The notes under the pieces: model-generated
Seen by the model: the letters and a program-made list of their open reading frames with translations, nothing else
What the model was told of the DNA's origin: nothing
Database searches by the model: none
NCBI GenBank assembly: GCA_001643675.2
Contig: LSRY02000036.1
Coordinates: forward strand, 620,001 to 684,000
Length of the DNA: 64,000 nucleotides
Direction: 5' to 3'
Source: Monocercomonoides exilis PA203
Taxonomy: Eukaryota > Protista > Preaxostyla
Translations under genes and position numbers: made by a program
Part shown: in pieces, positions 10,722 to 25,600 of the stretch
How positions within the stretch are numbered: position 1 is the first letter of the stretch
Layout: every line of letters starts with the position of its first letter

Positions 10722-13700
10722 ATGTCTTCACCGGATGATTGTGTGTTATTTTGAAGTATTTTGTTGTATGTTTCATTTGCAAAAATATATCTTATAATTT
10801 TAGATGAGCTTGGACCGCTTATCGGCAAAGGAGCTTTCAGTCAAGTGTACAAACTTATCAGAAGATCTGATGGCAAAGAATTTGCTGTGAAACAAATTGA
10901 TTTATATAAAAGCGATGGACAAGAAATTGCATTTCTACAAAATTTCGATTCACCATTTATTGTGAAGTATGTTGAATCGTTCAAGGATGCACATTGCCTT
11001 TACATCATCATGGAATTTTGCGAACATGGTAACTTGCGAGAATTTATTCAAGAAACAAAAGCAAAGGGACTTAGAGTGTCGGAGGAAGTTTGTTTAGATT
11101 AAATTGATTTGTTTTTTTGTCTGAGGTTTATATGAATAATTCAAAAATAAAACAAAAATTTTAGAAAGCGTGGCAATTCTTGGCATCTGCCACAGTTGGT
11201 TTAAATACACTTCATGTGCGGGGAGTTATTCATAGAGATTTGAAACCTGAAAACTTCTTCTTGGACGCACGATTTAATGCAAAGATCGGTATTTCATTTA
11301 TTCTCTTTGTGCTTTGCATTGGATTTTAATTAAATTTTAAAAACATCAATTTTTAACAGGTGATCTTGGTGTAGCTAGAGAATTACATTCGCCAGAAGAA
11401 ATGGCACAAACAAGAGCTGGAACACCGTTTGATCACTTAGTTTTAATCTTTATGATTTTCGTAATTCTTCCATATTTTTGTTCTTTACAGACTTTACTTC
11501 AGCCCAGAAGTCAACTTGATGGAAAAGTTTGAGCTTTTTCTTTTTGGCTGATTATCATTTTCCCGATTATTCTCGATTTAAATTACAATTAATTTTTATT
11601 CATAGATATACTCAACCTGCTGATATTTACTCTCTTGGTGTGTGCCTGCTTGAGCTTCTGACGTTAGAGCAATGCAATCCATTTTTGGTGTTTTCTGCAT
11701 CCGCACCCGACTCCTCAAAACCATCTCGCCCATACGATGATATTCTGAAGGAGTGTTTGGATAAGATTTCTTCAGAGTACTCAGACACAATCAAAGAGCT
11801 GCTGTTCCACATGCTCGCAAGAGTTTGACTATTTTTTTGTATTGATTTTTTTTTATTGAAGAATTGTATATTTTTTTATTTTTGATGATATTATTCTAAT
11901 TCCAATAATTATTATAATGACTTTTCCCCCTCAAATATTATCCAGGCACCAGACAAGCGACCCACCGCCCAGCAGATTCTGGACTCTCCCCGTGTGGCTG
12001 AAGAAGTCAAGAAACTCGAGTCGACTGGCCTGTCCACTGCAGCCACTGCTGCACAGGCAGGCACCATTGTGCCGACGATGTATGATGCATCCAAGTCAGT
12101 GGATGGGTCAGAGCCATACATCCAGAGCAGCTCATCCTCGCCCTCTGGTGTGCTCTTCCAAGGTCCATCGATGCCGTTCTTTGCGAAGATGCAGTCGCCC
12201 ACCCCGCGATATTCTGGCGCAGACCTCCCGCGTATCCACGCAGCACTGAAGAAGATGGAGTACCCACCCATGTTTGTGGACGATGATGCTCCCGAAAGGG
12301 ATGATCTGATTGATCGTGTGAAGAAGAACGTGGTGAATGAGATTTCTGCACTTGCCACTGCCTTGTCATCTGCCACTGAGAAGCACGTGAAGCAGCTGGT
12401 AGAAGAAGGCTTTTACCAGACGATGACTCGCTTCCTGTCGCCGTGTGGGAGCGAAGAGGGAGCTGACCAGGCGATTGTATCGCTGATCTGCCGGTGCTGT
12501 GTGTATGTGTGGAACTTCAAGGCATCCATCGTCTCTCCCTTCCAGCAGCAAGGGCTGGCTTCTGCACCTTCTTCTTCCTCCTTCTCGTCGTACACACTCA
12601 CAAAGGAGCAGGAAGAGGCGAGCGAAGTGAAGCAGTTTGTGGAGCGGCTGCTGGGCGAGCTGAGCGTCTCAACAGTAACCACCACGAACTACATCCTCAC
12701 AGCTGTGCATAGGTTCCTCCAGCAGTCCTTGCCAACAGCCATTGCGCGTGCGACAGAGGCAGAGAGAGATGCGACGATCAAGTTCTGCCGGCGGCTGGTG
12801 AGGAAGCTGAACAAGAAGCTGGACTCGACGTCGGGTGAGGTGGTGGAGCGGGCAGTGAAGATGATGTATCTCATCTGCATCCGGACGATGTCTGTGTCAA
12901 GTGGCGACAAACACCCACTCTTTGACACGATGAATGCGCTGCCGCGGTCGAAGAAGGGGAAGAAGTACAAGTCGACAATGGGCACACTCAGCTCAGAGAA
13001 CGGAGAAGAGGACGAGAACGACTCAGACGATTCGTCAGGTGATTTGGGCAATGACGACGATGACGATGAGGAGAACGAGAACGAAGGGAAAGCACTGCTG
13101 ACGACGGGGCTGCTGGACCCAGCGAATGCGTCGAAGTCGTCGGGCATTCAGCAACTGGTGTTTGTGTGTGAAACAACACCCAACGACGAGGTGAAGCTGT
13201 ATGCTGCTATCTGCCTGGTGCATCTCTTCCAGATGCAGAAGATTCCGAGCGAGCTTACATTCACTGTGGACACTGTGATGGACAAAGTGAAGAGGCAGGG
13301 CGAGTGGGTCACTAACTGCCTGGGGGCACTCAGAACACTCGCTGGAAAACATGGTTTGTTTGATTATTTATTAGAATTTTGAACTATTTTAAAAAATATT
13401 CTTATAATTTTTGATATATTTATTTATTAATTAATTAATTTGCTTATTTCATTGCTTGCTTGTTGTTAATTCAACAGAAAATCACTCGTTCCTTCTGACT
13501 GATCAATTCTTCAATCACGTGCCAAACCTTCTGAAGTTTGTTTTCTATCTGTTTTCATTTCTCTTCAATAACTTTATTAATTTTCTTCATTCATTTCCCA
13601 ATTTTTGATGCAGTGGTTCATATCCAGTTGTTGGCCACACATTTTCTGTTCTGTTTGCGCTGGTGAAGTTTGGAGAGCACGACAAAGCGAAGCCGTTCAT

Positions 13701-13803
13701 CAAGAAGGCTGTGCCTGATGCGCGTCTGCAGGTGTTTGTGAACCATCCTGATGAGCTGGTGAAGCACAATGCGAGGAAACTGGAGGCTGAGCTGAAGAAG
13801 TAG
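10722..13803 (+). CDS. NEK (NIMA-related)-type Ser/Thr kinase with C-terminal helical (ARM/HEAT-like) region, about 9 exons
   Basis: Spliced kinase domain: IGKGAFSQV, AVK, IIMEFCEHGNL, HRDLKPEN, GDLGVAR, AQTRAGTPLYFSPE, ADIYSLG, DKRPT. All catalytic motifs are intact; DLG and GTP.Y.SPE are NEK-like. Ends at TAG 13801-13803. Confidence 0.85.
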
Positions 13804-13936
13804 AAGTGGTTGAGATGGAGTTACAGAGAAGGGAGACTGCTATGAATGTGATGAGTGTGATGGCTCTGTTGATTGATTGTTGTTTGAGAGGAAGAAGAAG
13901 AGAAGAGGATTAAAATAAAAGAAAAGAAAAGAAAAA

Positions 13937-13959
13937 TAGATAGATAGATAGATAGATAG
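13937..13959. repeat. (TAGA)n microsatellite downstream of the kinase
   Basis: Directly visible tetranucleotide run. Confidence 0.85.
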
Positions 13960-14730
13960 CTCTTGTTATGAAGACTTCTGAATAATGAGGGCTTATCTGT
14001 TGTACAGAAAACGAGATAAATGCCTGTAGAAATTATGTTTGAGAAAGAGAAAGAGAAAGAGAGAATTTGAACGGAGCTGTTTTTTTAATGACATGAATAT
14101 TTTTTTGTTTGCCTTAATCCTCTTTGTTTACTATCTTTTTTATAAAAATTCACAATTTTCTTTTTCTTTCTTTTCTTTTTTTGGTTGTTTTGATTTCATT
14201 AAATGAGATTACTGTGCTAATTTTCCCCACCTAAAAAACGTGTATCTATTTTTGTCGTGTTCGAAAACTCATCCTTGCTTCTTCCTTTTGATTATTATTG
14301 TGATTGTTATTATTCACAGAAATATGTATGGATGGCATGAGAAATGACACTTTGGAAACACATTCAATTCTTCCGTTTCTCTTCAAATCACATCTTTTTT
14401 CGCTTGTTTTCGTCATTTCTTTTGGTAGTTACAATATTAATTTACCAGAGAGGAAGTTTCAAAAACTTTTTTTTATTTTTTTTACAATTAAAAAAAAAAA
14501 AGCTAGTTTTTCAATGTGTAAATAACTATCAAATTTGCACATATGAAATAAATTACAACACAAAGCATGCAAATTGGTATTAGAATGCCTTGCAATAATC
14601 AAACATTTACAAACGACTATCAGAAATAAGTTCTTCATATTTCCAACTAAAAATCGCTAATCACACAAAAAAAACTTGTTCCATATCGAACAATAATATC
14701 CGTTCTGTCACAGTTGATATACATCTATTT

Positions 14731-17230
14731 TTAGTTTTCAGCTGCTTTTCCTCCGTCGCTTTCGAACTCTGCCTCAAAATCGCTGGAGTCGATTGCGTCG
14801 TTGTCTTCAAGCGAGTCCTCTTCATCCAAATCATCATCGTCTTCATCATCCTCATCATCATCTGTGTCTTCTTTGACTTCCTCTCTTTCTTCCTTCGGCC
14901 AGCCCTGCTTGCCCCACTCGGCATCAATGAAATGCTTCAGCGCTTCGGCTGTTCGGAAGTAATCGTTGTCTTCGCCATTGTATATCTTCGCATTCAAAGC
15001 CATTCGAAGGAGATCAGCACGGAACTGCGAGGGAAGCATGTAATACGACTCTGTCTTCAGTCTGGCTTTGATGACAGTCAAATCTGTTGAAAAAAGCACA
15101 AACACAATGAATTAACATTTGAAAGCAAAGAAAAAAATAAATTGAAAAATAGAGTTAAGCAATATAAAACAAATGGAAACAAATAAGATTTATATAAGAC
15201 ATGAAAAAATTGTAATGAAAACAATTAAATAAATATGATAAATATTTCAGACTCATTTCCAAAAATTAATATGAAATCCATATCAACTCGAAGCACACCA
15301 ATCGGGTTCTTCACGCACTGATAGTAATCAGCAACGTCCTTCTCCTTGACAGGCTCCAGGAACGGCCACGAGAGTGTCATGTCGCGTGAGATTTTGTCGT
15401 AGAAGATTCCATATTTGATGTGGCACTGCGTGACATAGCCACGGGTGAGGGGGCGATAGCGGGGTCGGTGGATCTGGGCCAGTGTCGACTGGAAGAGCGG
15501 AGAGAGACGAGACTCGGGTGATGTGGAGCGGGAGGAGGGAGAAAAACTGCGCGACTCGGAAAGAGGAAGCATTGGATCGGATGAAGAAGATGGAGGAGAA
15601 GAAGGGGAGGAAGGAGAAGAAGGAGAGGAAGGTCTAACTGAGTCGAAAGAATAAGAAGATTGAGAATATGAAGTGTTTTGTGATGGAGATGCAGGAGCGG
15701 AAGAAGAAGAAGAAGAAGCGAATGGAGTTGTATGGCCAGAGTGTGACGTGGGCAGGGAAGATGAAGTGGGACGTTGAGGTTCTTCTTCCGAAGCAGAAGA
15801 AGAGTGAGTCGATGAAGAGGAAGAGGAAGAAGAAGATGCTGATCCAGATTTTTGAGACTGCTCGTATTCCTGCTGTGTCTCTCCGTTTGTTAAGTTCAGC
15901 GGCTGAGGAGGGCTTTCCCAGTTTGGAACGGATGTGGTTGGAGTCAGTCCAAGATCATCAGCCGGGTGCAATGGGCGTAAAACATCGACTTGAAAGAATC
16001 TGAGCAGAATTGCCATTCATAAAAAAAAAAATAATAATAATAATAAGTTAATAAATAATTTATTAATTATTACAGGCAGTGGTTTGAGCCAGTACAAGAT
16101 GAATTCATAGGAAATAAATTTTAAGGTATTATTTAAAATATATCAAATAAAATTTTAAAAAAAATATTAATAACGAATCTAACATGAGAAGCAAACTGTG
16201 CCTCTGGTGAGGGAATAACAATGACGCCTCCATTGAGAGACCGCGGGATGGCCGAGTTGATCAGGTCTGTCGACACCACAATCCTCTTCATTGTCCTCTT
16301 TGGTGGCGGAAACACAGTGCCGCAATTGGAGAACTGTGATATCTTCTCCATAATGGCTCGCCTCTGCCTCTGGATCATGTCCGTTGGCCGAAGATAATTG
16401 ATGTGAGGATGGATCAAAAACTCCATCAGCGTCGATTCATCATAATCCTTGATGTACCCTTCCCACATTTCTCTGGGCATTTGTATGTTTGATGAAAATC
16501 CTTGCTTACTGAAATATCCAACTGCATGGTTATCAGCATATGTAAGTAAAAATTTTAGCCCAATACAACGGGCGTATTCTTTGGCGTGCGCCATAAGCCG
16601 TGATCCGTATCCTCGAACTTGCTCGTTTGCATCAACTGCACAAAAGGCAATTTCGCCTAATCCGGTCTGAGGAAACGCTCGAATTGTAATTCCGGCAACG
16701 ACTTGTATTCTGTTTTTCAAGCATATCACAGAATGATGACGACGATCAAATATTAATCGCGTAATGTACTCTCTCGGCATTTTTGGAAGTTGCCTCGCAA
16801 AAAGATTTTTTAGAGCGACAAGTAATACAAGTGACTGAGTTGATCCAACAGATTCGATTGATGAGCTAACATTTGAAGATGAATGTTGATAATGTCTGTT
16901 TGGGTACTTACTGTCGTTTCTACAAAGTACAAATCTTATAACTCCGTTGGCTTCATCAAAAATTTGCCTCCTTTCCCGAAGAGGAAGTGTTGGATTTAAA
17001 TAAGTTTGGAAAATTGTTTGCTTTTGGTACGGCTGTGGTTCAGCTAGTGTTGATTCATAAGAAATAGAATTTTTAAGAGGCAAGGGTTGAGGATAATCAA
17101 CGTAATGAAAAGGTGGATCTTCAGATGTTTTTGAAAAATCAAAAGTTATTTCTTCTTTATCAAAGGTATTTTGAGTAATCTCTTCATCATCTTTAGTAAT
17201 GCCTGTTTTATTTGGACATGACTTTTGCAT
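14731..17230 (-). CDS. GCN5: Histone acetyltransferase GCN5 (GNAT + bromodomain), 3 exons (17230-16197, 15999-15299, 15083-14731)
   Basis: LKNLFARQLPKMPREYITRL, EIAFCAV..EQVRGYGSRLM, FLLTYADNHAVGYFSKQGF, GYIKDYD. Bromodomain SWPFLEPV..DYYQCVKNPIDL...NAKIYN. Acidic tail. Confidence 0.95.
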
Positions 17231-18044
17231 CTAGATTATTTATAATCCAAACGTCAGGGATAAAATGCAAAAAAAATTTTTCTTTCAAAGAGTTATATAT
17301 AATTTTTTTTTCAAAAAAGAAAATTTTCGGATTTGGGACAGAATTCTTGCATTTATGAAAGATTAAATGATTTGTTCTTAAATTTATCGGTTATTGGATA
17401 ATTATAATTCTAACATCACCGTGCAATATTAAGAGTAATAATTTTTAAAATTATAAAAAAAAAATTCGAAAGAACTGTGTGGAACAAAATTCTTCAATCA
17501 AAATATATTGTCCCAAATTATATGTCTGATAATAATTGATGTCGTTTATTCTATCAAATTTTTCGATGGAAAAAACATATTTTTAAAAAAAGCGCATTTT
17601 TAAAAAAAAAAACATTAGTTTTTTCTGTGTTTTAAATATTAATAAGGTTGTTTGTCATTGGGAAGAGATTTTGTATTTAAATAAAAATTCATGATATATG
17701 TTTTTGAAAAAACAGTTTTTTCTCATATGGGGGGAAATATGGACTTTCAAGCTTTTTTTGTACAAAGCATGAAATAATTGTTTCACTTATAACATTATTA
17801 AACTTAATCAGATTTCAAAATAAATTTGATTTTTATTTTTGAATGCAAACGCCATTGATATAATAACATTATGTTGTGTGACATCACATGCATTTCAAAA
17901 AATAAACTCATTTTTTTCAATTTTTTTTCATTACAAAAACTTCATCTTTGGTATGTAATCATTCAATGAAAATGCATGAAGTCAATTATTTTGTCCCAAA
18001 TAAAGATGAAGATGTTTCCAATTGGACTTTTCATTTTTCAGTGT

Positions 18045-18045
<1 letters not shown>

Positions 18046-18098
<53 letters not shown>

Positions 18099-18117
18099 CG
18101 TTGTTGTTGTTGTTGTT
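18046..18117. repeat. T53 homopolymer followed by (TTG)n
   Basis: Directly visible in the AT-rich intergenic region. Confidence 0.9.
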
Positions 18118-19610
18118 ATAAAAGGGAAATTTTCGAACAGATAATTTTGTTAGAAATAATATGAATTCAGAAATAATATCATAAATATTCAAATTAATTC
18201 TGATAAGTTTGAACATCATTTTCAGATCGTTTTGTAATGTATTTTTCTATAACAATGTATTTTGTGAAATTTGTGACAAAAATACAACGCTGTTTTTAAA
18301 GTTTTCTCACCAAAGATAAACAACCTTTGAAATACCAATACCACGAAAAAAGTTGTGAAATCAAAAAATTACACCTATCAATGAAAAATCTTTTCCCACA
18401 ATTTCATATTTTTCTAAGAATTTTTTTGTACGGTCTAAGCTGGATATTATAACAACCGGTTTTGCATAAATTTCTGTGACAATTACAGTTTTTGATTATA
18501 TGCGATCTCACCTAGCACAGAAAAAAAGTTAAATAAATAAATAATTAATTAATTTTGATTCAATTTTTTCCATTTTTTGAATATTACTTAGTAATTCATA
18601 TTTTTCTCTTTTAATTGCAAATTTAATCATTAATTGACATTGTTTAATCATTTTATTCCATTTTTTTGGATAATCGAAACTGTTAGATTTTTGATCAAAA
18701 AAAACGATTTGAAAATGAAAAAAAATTCACAATATCAAGCCAAATGTGATTATACAATTTTCGCTCTGTGATTATATGCGATGATAAATGAATGAAAAAT
18801 TGGCAAATAATGTCGGTGCATGGAAAATTGTTTCCACAAACGAATATGACTGCAAGCGATGTGATTTCATCCTGTTTTGACTGAACTCGAATTTTCATTG
18901 TTTGCTGACATGAAATTAGTATTTAAGAATTTTTCCAAAAGAGGAGCATCTGCTGTAATCTAGTTCGTATATAATTACAAATAATTGAACAAAATTGAAT
19001 GTGACTATGTCCAATCTTTGTAATATTTTGAAAACTGCAAGATCATGATCATTGAGATGATAAAGATCACGAAATGAAGAAAAAAATAATAATTATTTCA
19101 ATATTTTCCTTGGAGTTTTTTTCTCTAATTCCAAAAAAGAAGATTTGATACTCAGTGCAGTAAAAAAATGTTATCCATATTTTACAGTTCGAAAATATTT
19201 TTGTATTTTTTATTTTTATTTCTTTTAACTTTTTAAAGAGTTGATGCATGCATAAATGTGATATTCTTTAAAATGCTTACAATAAACATTAGAAACTGTT
19301 TCATTGCAATTCATCTTGTGAGAATTATCCTGATGTTGTTATTAACAGAAAAAATGGTGATGCTAAAAGCACCATAAAACACACACGCCTCTTCCACAAA
19401 AAATTGAAAACAAAAGTCAAAATGAGAAAAATAAAAAATTGTTTTTGAAACATTTTGATTCTGATTCGAAGAAAGTCGAAAAATGGAAAGCAGACTGAAC
19501 TCACTGGGATAATTCACATCCTGCTCTCCACTTCCCATTCAACGAATAATACTCAAAGAAGAAAGCAAAGAAAGCCCTTCTCAAAAGAATGCCAACCAAT
19601 ACGACCATCA

Positions 19611-22600
19611 TCACAAGTATTTTCGGCTTTTCCTCCCTTCTTCTTTGCTTATCGATTCGCTCATCCCATCTTCTTCCTCTTCTTCCTCTTCCTCTTCGTC
19701 TCGCAAAGAATCGCAGATTGCATCTGTCAGTGTCACCATCACTGCCCCAGCTGGAAAGTGCCCAATCAGCTCTCGCTTCATCCCACTCAGAGAAGGCCTG
19801 TCTGCCTCATTCCACGAGATACACAGCCTCCAAAACTCCAAATATGGTGTGTCCTTCACCAGCCCCACATTCGGCATTTCTCCATTCGCAATCTTCTGCC
19901 CAGCTGCCTCTGCCTCATACTCCCCGAACGGGATCTGGAGCGTCAGGCACTCCCACAGCATCATCCCGACCGAGAATGCCACCGACTTCTCTGTTGCCCC
20001 CATCTTCTTGTTCATCTGCAGCTCTGGCGCCTTCCACCTCAGACACTCTTTCTTGAAATTGTCATCCTCATCCTCAAATGCAGACGAGGGCAGAGAGTCA
20101 TCCTCCTCCTCCTCCTCATCACTGGCAGATGTCGCAACAGTTGACGAGGAGATGGATGAGGAATCGGAATCATCGTCAGATGAGAAGTCGGAGTGCATCA
20201 CGATGCAGATGACCATGTGCTCAGAGAATAGCACAATGTGTGGGCTCAGATTGGCAAGTGACTGAAGAGGGTTGTCCATCTCGGAAAATGAGTGGAGGGC
20301 GAGATTGGCCACCCAGAACAAGACCTGGGCAGCTGTTTGCTCTCTTTCCTGCAAAGTGCCTATCGCCATCTCCTTCTTCTCATTCCTCCCATGAAGCAGC
20401 ATGAACAGCGAATCCCTCAGATCCACAATCAATTTCTCATGAGGTGATGAGCAGGCCATTGCATCCACCAGATTCGACATCGATGAGGTGGTTGGACACA
20501 AATCCTCCCCACGAACAAAGGTGGATTCTGTATCTGAAGTGTCTGTGGTTGAAGCGGATGAAATGGATGGTGATGGAGTTCGCTTCCTTGAAACATCATC
20601 TTTTTCTTCCTCAACCTTTTCTAATGCCCATTCAGGAATCTTGTCTGAATCTCTGCCCAGGATGTATTCAGTCGATCCGCTCTCAGACAGAAGATGCTCT
20701 GATGACTCCGAGTGTCCCAAGCTCTTCGCATACACCCTCTTCTTGATCCTTTCCTCATTTTTCTTCTCTGCTTCCCTTTCTGCTCTCCTCCACTGCTCCT
20801 CAGGAGACATCTCCATCGTCACCATCTCAAATGCCTTTGGATCTTTTCTGATGTTATCATTCACAATCTCTCTCAGATCTTCTGCTTCATTCTTCACCTT
20901 CTTCCATCGAACAATGAATATCACAGAAATAATCAGAACAATCAACAATATCACAACAAGCACAACAACAATCAACAACCAATACGATTTCCCTTCTTTT
21001 CCTCCTTCAACAATCCTTTCATCCCCATTTGCCTTGGGATCACTTCTGTTCTTCAGAATGAAAGAATCAGTTGCAGACAACCGCTTTCCATACACAATCA
21101 TCACAGACACCTCCGTCTCATCTGGGATCGACGAAAGATTTCTCGAAGGCACCATCCCAACTGCTTCCGTTTCGCTCACAAACCCATCTTCTGCAAAATG
21201 ATATGTCTCAATCAGGTCTGTATCTCCAGCTGACAAAATCAGTCGGAATGACAAATCGCATGGCAGAAGAAGTGCTCCCTTGAATTGAATTTCAGTCCCA
21301 CATCCATTTTCGCTGGCCGAAGCCTCTTCCAGCTTGGGAACGAAGAAGGGCGATTCACTTTCTCCTGCTATCCCTTCCAGGCTGCATCCATCATCCAGAA
21401 TCCACAGCGAAGAATTGGGCATCACCCCATCTCCTCCCTTCAAACTGGAAATGGTCAGCGAAGCAGAATCTGAACAGATGATATTTCGACGAAGTGATGG
21501 ATATTTCTGAATAAATGGATTGGTATTATCAAATCTTCCATCTTTGATGTTCATAGCACCTCCATATAAGGTTATTCCTCCCTTTGAGGAGTTGCTGATT
21601 GTTGTGTCTCTCACAACAGCTGAACTGCTCGAGAAATCAATTACAGACCCATTCCATCTGCAAATTTCATCCATTTCATTATTTGTCTTTTCGAAATTAC
21701 CAATGAGATTTCCCACAAACACACACGAGTCAAGAAATATTTTGTTTGCATTTGCCACTGACACTTGGCTTCCTTTTTGCAACTCTGATGTGCATTCACG
21801 AAAAGAGCAGTTCAGCATCTCAAAGTCGGTCATTGGTTGAGTTGTGCAAATAATGCAGGATCCAGATGATGTTTTGATGATGTTTGAGAATGATGATTGC
21901 ATCAATGAAAAAACAAGTGAAGAGTTGATTGCTTCGAATGAGATGAGGCTTCTATCTTGCAAAGAGATATTTGTGGCTGACAACTTCGAAATTCCCACAT
22001 TTTCACACTTTCCACATTCAAACATTGAACTCTTGCATTCCACATCGCTGACTGACAAATCTTCAAATGTTGCTCTTTCTGAACTCAAAATCTGGAATAC
22101 AGGTTTTGAGAATATCAAATGTCCAACACCACATCGATCTGCTTCAAACAGCCCATCTTCAACAACAACAAGAGAACAATCAAAAAGGATCTGTGAATTC
22201 TCCTCTGATCTGTTCTCTATCAGGAATGAAACAGATTCGAGAATAAGAGACCCACTCAGTTGGTGCATCAAACACGAGCAGCCAATATTCCCCGTTCCTT
22301 CAAAAACAAATTTCACTCTCTCCAATCGAGCAAACTCCGAAGTTTTCACAACTCCCTCACCTCCCAAATTTATCTCCCAGATTTTTATCTCAGCATTTCT
22401 GTTCGCTTCCATCGACTTGATCGTCACACTCTCAGCTGAGCACGAACCAGTTAATCTGGTTTCATTCCAGACATACAGCTGCGAATAATCCGATGGGATG
22501 ATGTGGCTCACCCCAACATTCAGCGATGAACATGCTCCCTTCATTTCCCCACAGTTCTTGCCGTCGCTGTTGTTTCCCAGAATCGAAGATACAAATATGA

Positions 22601-25600
22601 ATTCACTCCTGAACACAAACACTCTCCTCAGCAGATCCTCTTCATCTCCATAATTGTCTGCTGCGCATCCCCATATCGCCAGCTCCTTCACAAATGGCTC
22701 TCCAAAGTTGATCAGGAACTGCCACTCCGAAATCTGAGTGTCAAGGTCAGTGCACTTCACAAACACATCTCTCCCCTTCGATGCAACATTCCCTTGGAAT
22801 GTGATGTTCGACAGCACAAATGGCAATGCCTTCTGTGAGACACTCTGCGATTTCAAAAACAGTCCTCCGCCTCTCCCAATATTCGAACAGAAACAGTCTG
22901 TCACGTTTGTGTGATTCATCTCCAAACTCCCCTTCTCATCGAGAAGGAAAAACACCCCTCCTCCTTCATTCGAACTTGCTGATCCACAGCCATCAATTGT
23001 TGAGTTCTCCATTTTCAATCTCACTTCCTTTGACACATCACAACAAAGCATCGAAGGGTTGTTTGACACGCTGTGCTTCACATTCATAAATGTGCATTTG
23101 TCAAACAGAATATTCCACACTTCTTCTGCATTTTCATTTCCACTTGAAGAGACCACACTTTCTCTCATCACAATTGCACTTTTCCCACTCAAAAAAATAT
23201 CTTCAAAGTTCACATCGCTCATGGTTGTCACACAATCAGTTGATATGCTCATTATCTCATGAATCGTTGAGAATCCAGTTATTTCTGTCTTTTCAATCGA
23301 AACAATTCCTTTTGATGCACTTATCAGCACAAATGCTAATTCACCTTCAGCATCATCTTTCATGTGAATTGAGCAACGCACAACACTCGTTTTGATTGCA
23401 TCGAAGCCCGACTGGATGAGAATGCTTGCCTCATTGTCAAAGACAGTCGGAATCAGAATCCCCACTTCTTTGAACTGAACAACTCCTCTGCACTCAACAA
23501 CAACATTCCCATTTCCTTCAATCTCTTTCACAAATTGGATTTTGTCTGATTCTCCATCTGTTCCTTCCAGCATCACCCCACTCACACTCATTTCACTCCT
23601 CACATCACAAGTCCCCTGAACAACAATCGATTCAATCTCTGAGTCACTCCCTCGCTTCACCCCATAATCAACCGATCCACATGGATACTCCAACAGTCCA
23701 CACACAACCACATTGTTTCCTCCTCTTGCAACAAGCACACTCGTTCCAATCTCTTTCCAGAAATAGATCAGTGGGATTGCACATTCCTTGTTTCCCCCAT
23801 CAAACCCTCTCATCGAGTCTTCTGTCAATATCTCCAGTCTATCTTTCACAAATGGCAGTGTTTCGTTCTTGATGCTGCTGATAAGCGATGGAGATGAAAC
23901 AAACAAGTCCTTTCCAAACTTCGCATTGTTCGGCTTATCGGATGAAAAAGTTGGAGAGGATATCACAAAATCTGTCTCACCCATTTCACTCAACAAGTTC
24001 AACATTATTCCTCCTCCATATCCAACACTTCCCTCTCCATATGGTGCTGTGCAACAATAAAACTTACACCCACTCACCACAAGACTCGTTTTTGAAAATG
24101 CCTCACAAAAGAGTGCACCTCCTCCTATCTCATTTCCTTTTCCTTCAACAGCACATCCTTCGAATGAACAGTCATTTATTTCCACTTTGAAATCTCTTCC
24201 ATCATTATCATCCTTATTGTTCGAAACACTTACACATCCTCCACTTCCCTGTGAGCGAACAATCGATGAAAATGTGCATCCTGACATCTCATGGATATTT
24301 CCATTGTGACACTCAACAACACATCCATCCCCAAACGTGATTTCTCCAAAATCACTTTTCGTCATATTCATCGAAGACACACTTTCAGCATTCCCTTCAA
24401 CAACGAATAACGATGAACCCCACTTGGCACCTCTTTCACATCCAAAACCAATCACTTCCACAATCCCTCCAACAGCCTTCACAAACACGGTCGAAATAGC
24501 CTCTGCGCCTCCCTCCATCCCGCATTTGCTCAGTGTGAGCTTCCCCAAACAACACTCAAACACACTTTCATGAAAGGTCAGCGATCTCTTCAAAGAAAAG
24601 ATAATACCAGTCATTGACACAGGCACTGCATTTGCAATAAATCCACTTTGAGCTCCCTCCTTCTGATCAGAAACATCACACTTCACATTTTCCATTTTTC
24701 CTTTGATGCTCCATTCATTCGAAGTCAAACTCAGTTCTTCCTCAAAGACAAATGGCTCAAGAAGTGCAACATCCTTTTTCTTCCCTTCAAAATGGACTGA
24801 TGCTGCCTTGGAGATTGTGCAGCATGGAAACTCTTCGAATCCACACTTCGAAAAATCATGGCTCAACGATCCTCCTCCAACAAATCCACATCCTGAAAAA
24901 TTATTCCACAAATACAATACCAGCGGAATGGCAAATGCTTCGTTCAATGAGGATCTCTCAAATCCATTCAATTTTGTCAAGTTATTCAAATCAACTCCAA
25001 ATCCAATTGAGCTTCTGTCAATCACACTCCAAAGATCATTTGCATTGATAAAGATTTCTTTCCCTTCTCTCGCATCACATCCAGAAAACAATACCTCCTT
25101 CAAGATGAATGAGCTTGCTTCATCATCCAAATGAAGATAAATCCCTCCTCCATATCCACACTCTCCACCTGCTGTTTGCATCGCCTTGCAATTAGTGAGC
25201 CCGAACAAATCGTTTTCATCATTTAAAGATGTTGTTTTTGCTGAGTCTGCCTCTGTCAGGTTTCCCACAGTGAATGATGATCCTTCTTTCATCTCAACCC
25301 ACAACCCTCCTCCGTTTCCTCCATTAATCTCACACTCTCTCATCATCCCTCCGACTATTTCCAGTGAGCAATCTCTCCCAAGTGTGCATTCAATTGCCCC
25401 TCCATTTCCTTCAATTCCTTTGAATCCACTTATCGTGTTGTTTGTGAGCTTCAGAAACTTGGAGGAATTTGTGGAAATTACTCGAATAGATCCTGACTGC
25501 AAATCTGTTTGTAAAGATGCTTTCACTGAAAGTGTTGAATCTTTAATCGAAAAAGATGCTCCATTCTCCACTCCAAACAAAACACTATTTGTTGTCGAGC

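Noticed and set aside
17231-19450. tRNA, rRNA or other ncRNA genes in the long AT-rich spacers
   Set aside because: No cloverleaf, A/B-box or rRNA-like sequence recognised by eye. tRNAscan-SE and Infernal would be needed to exclude them.
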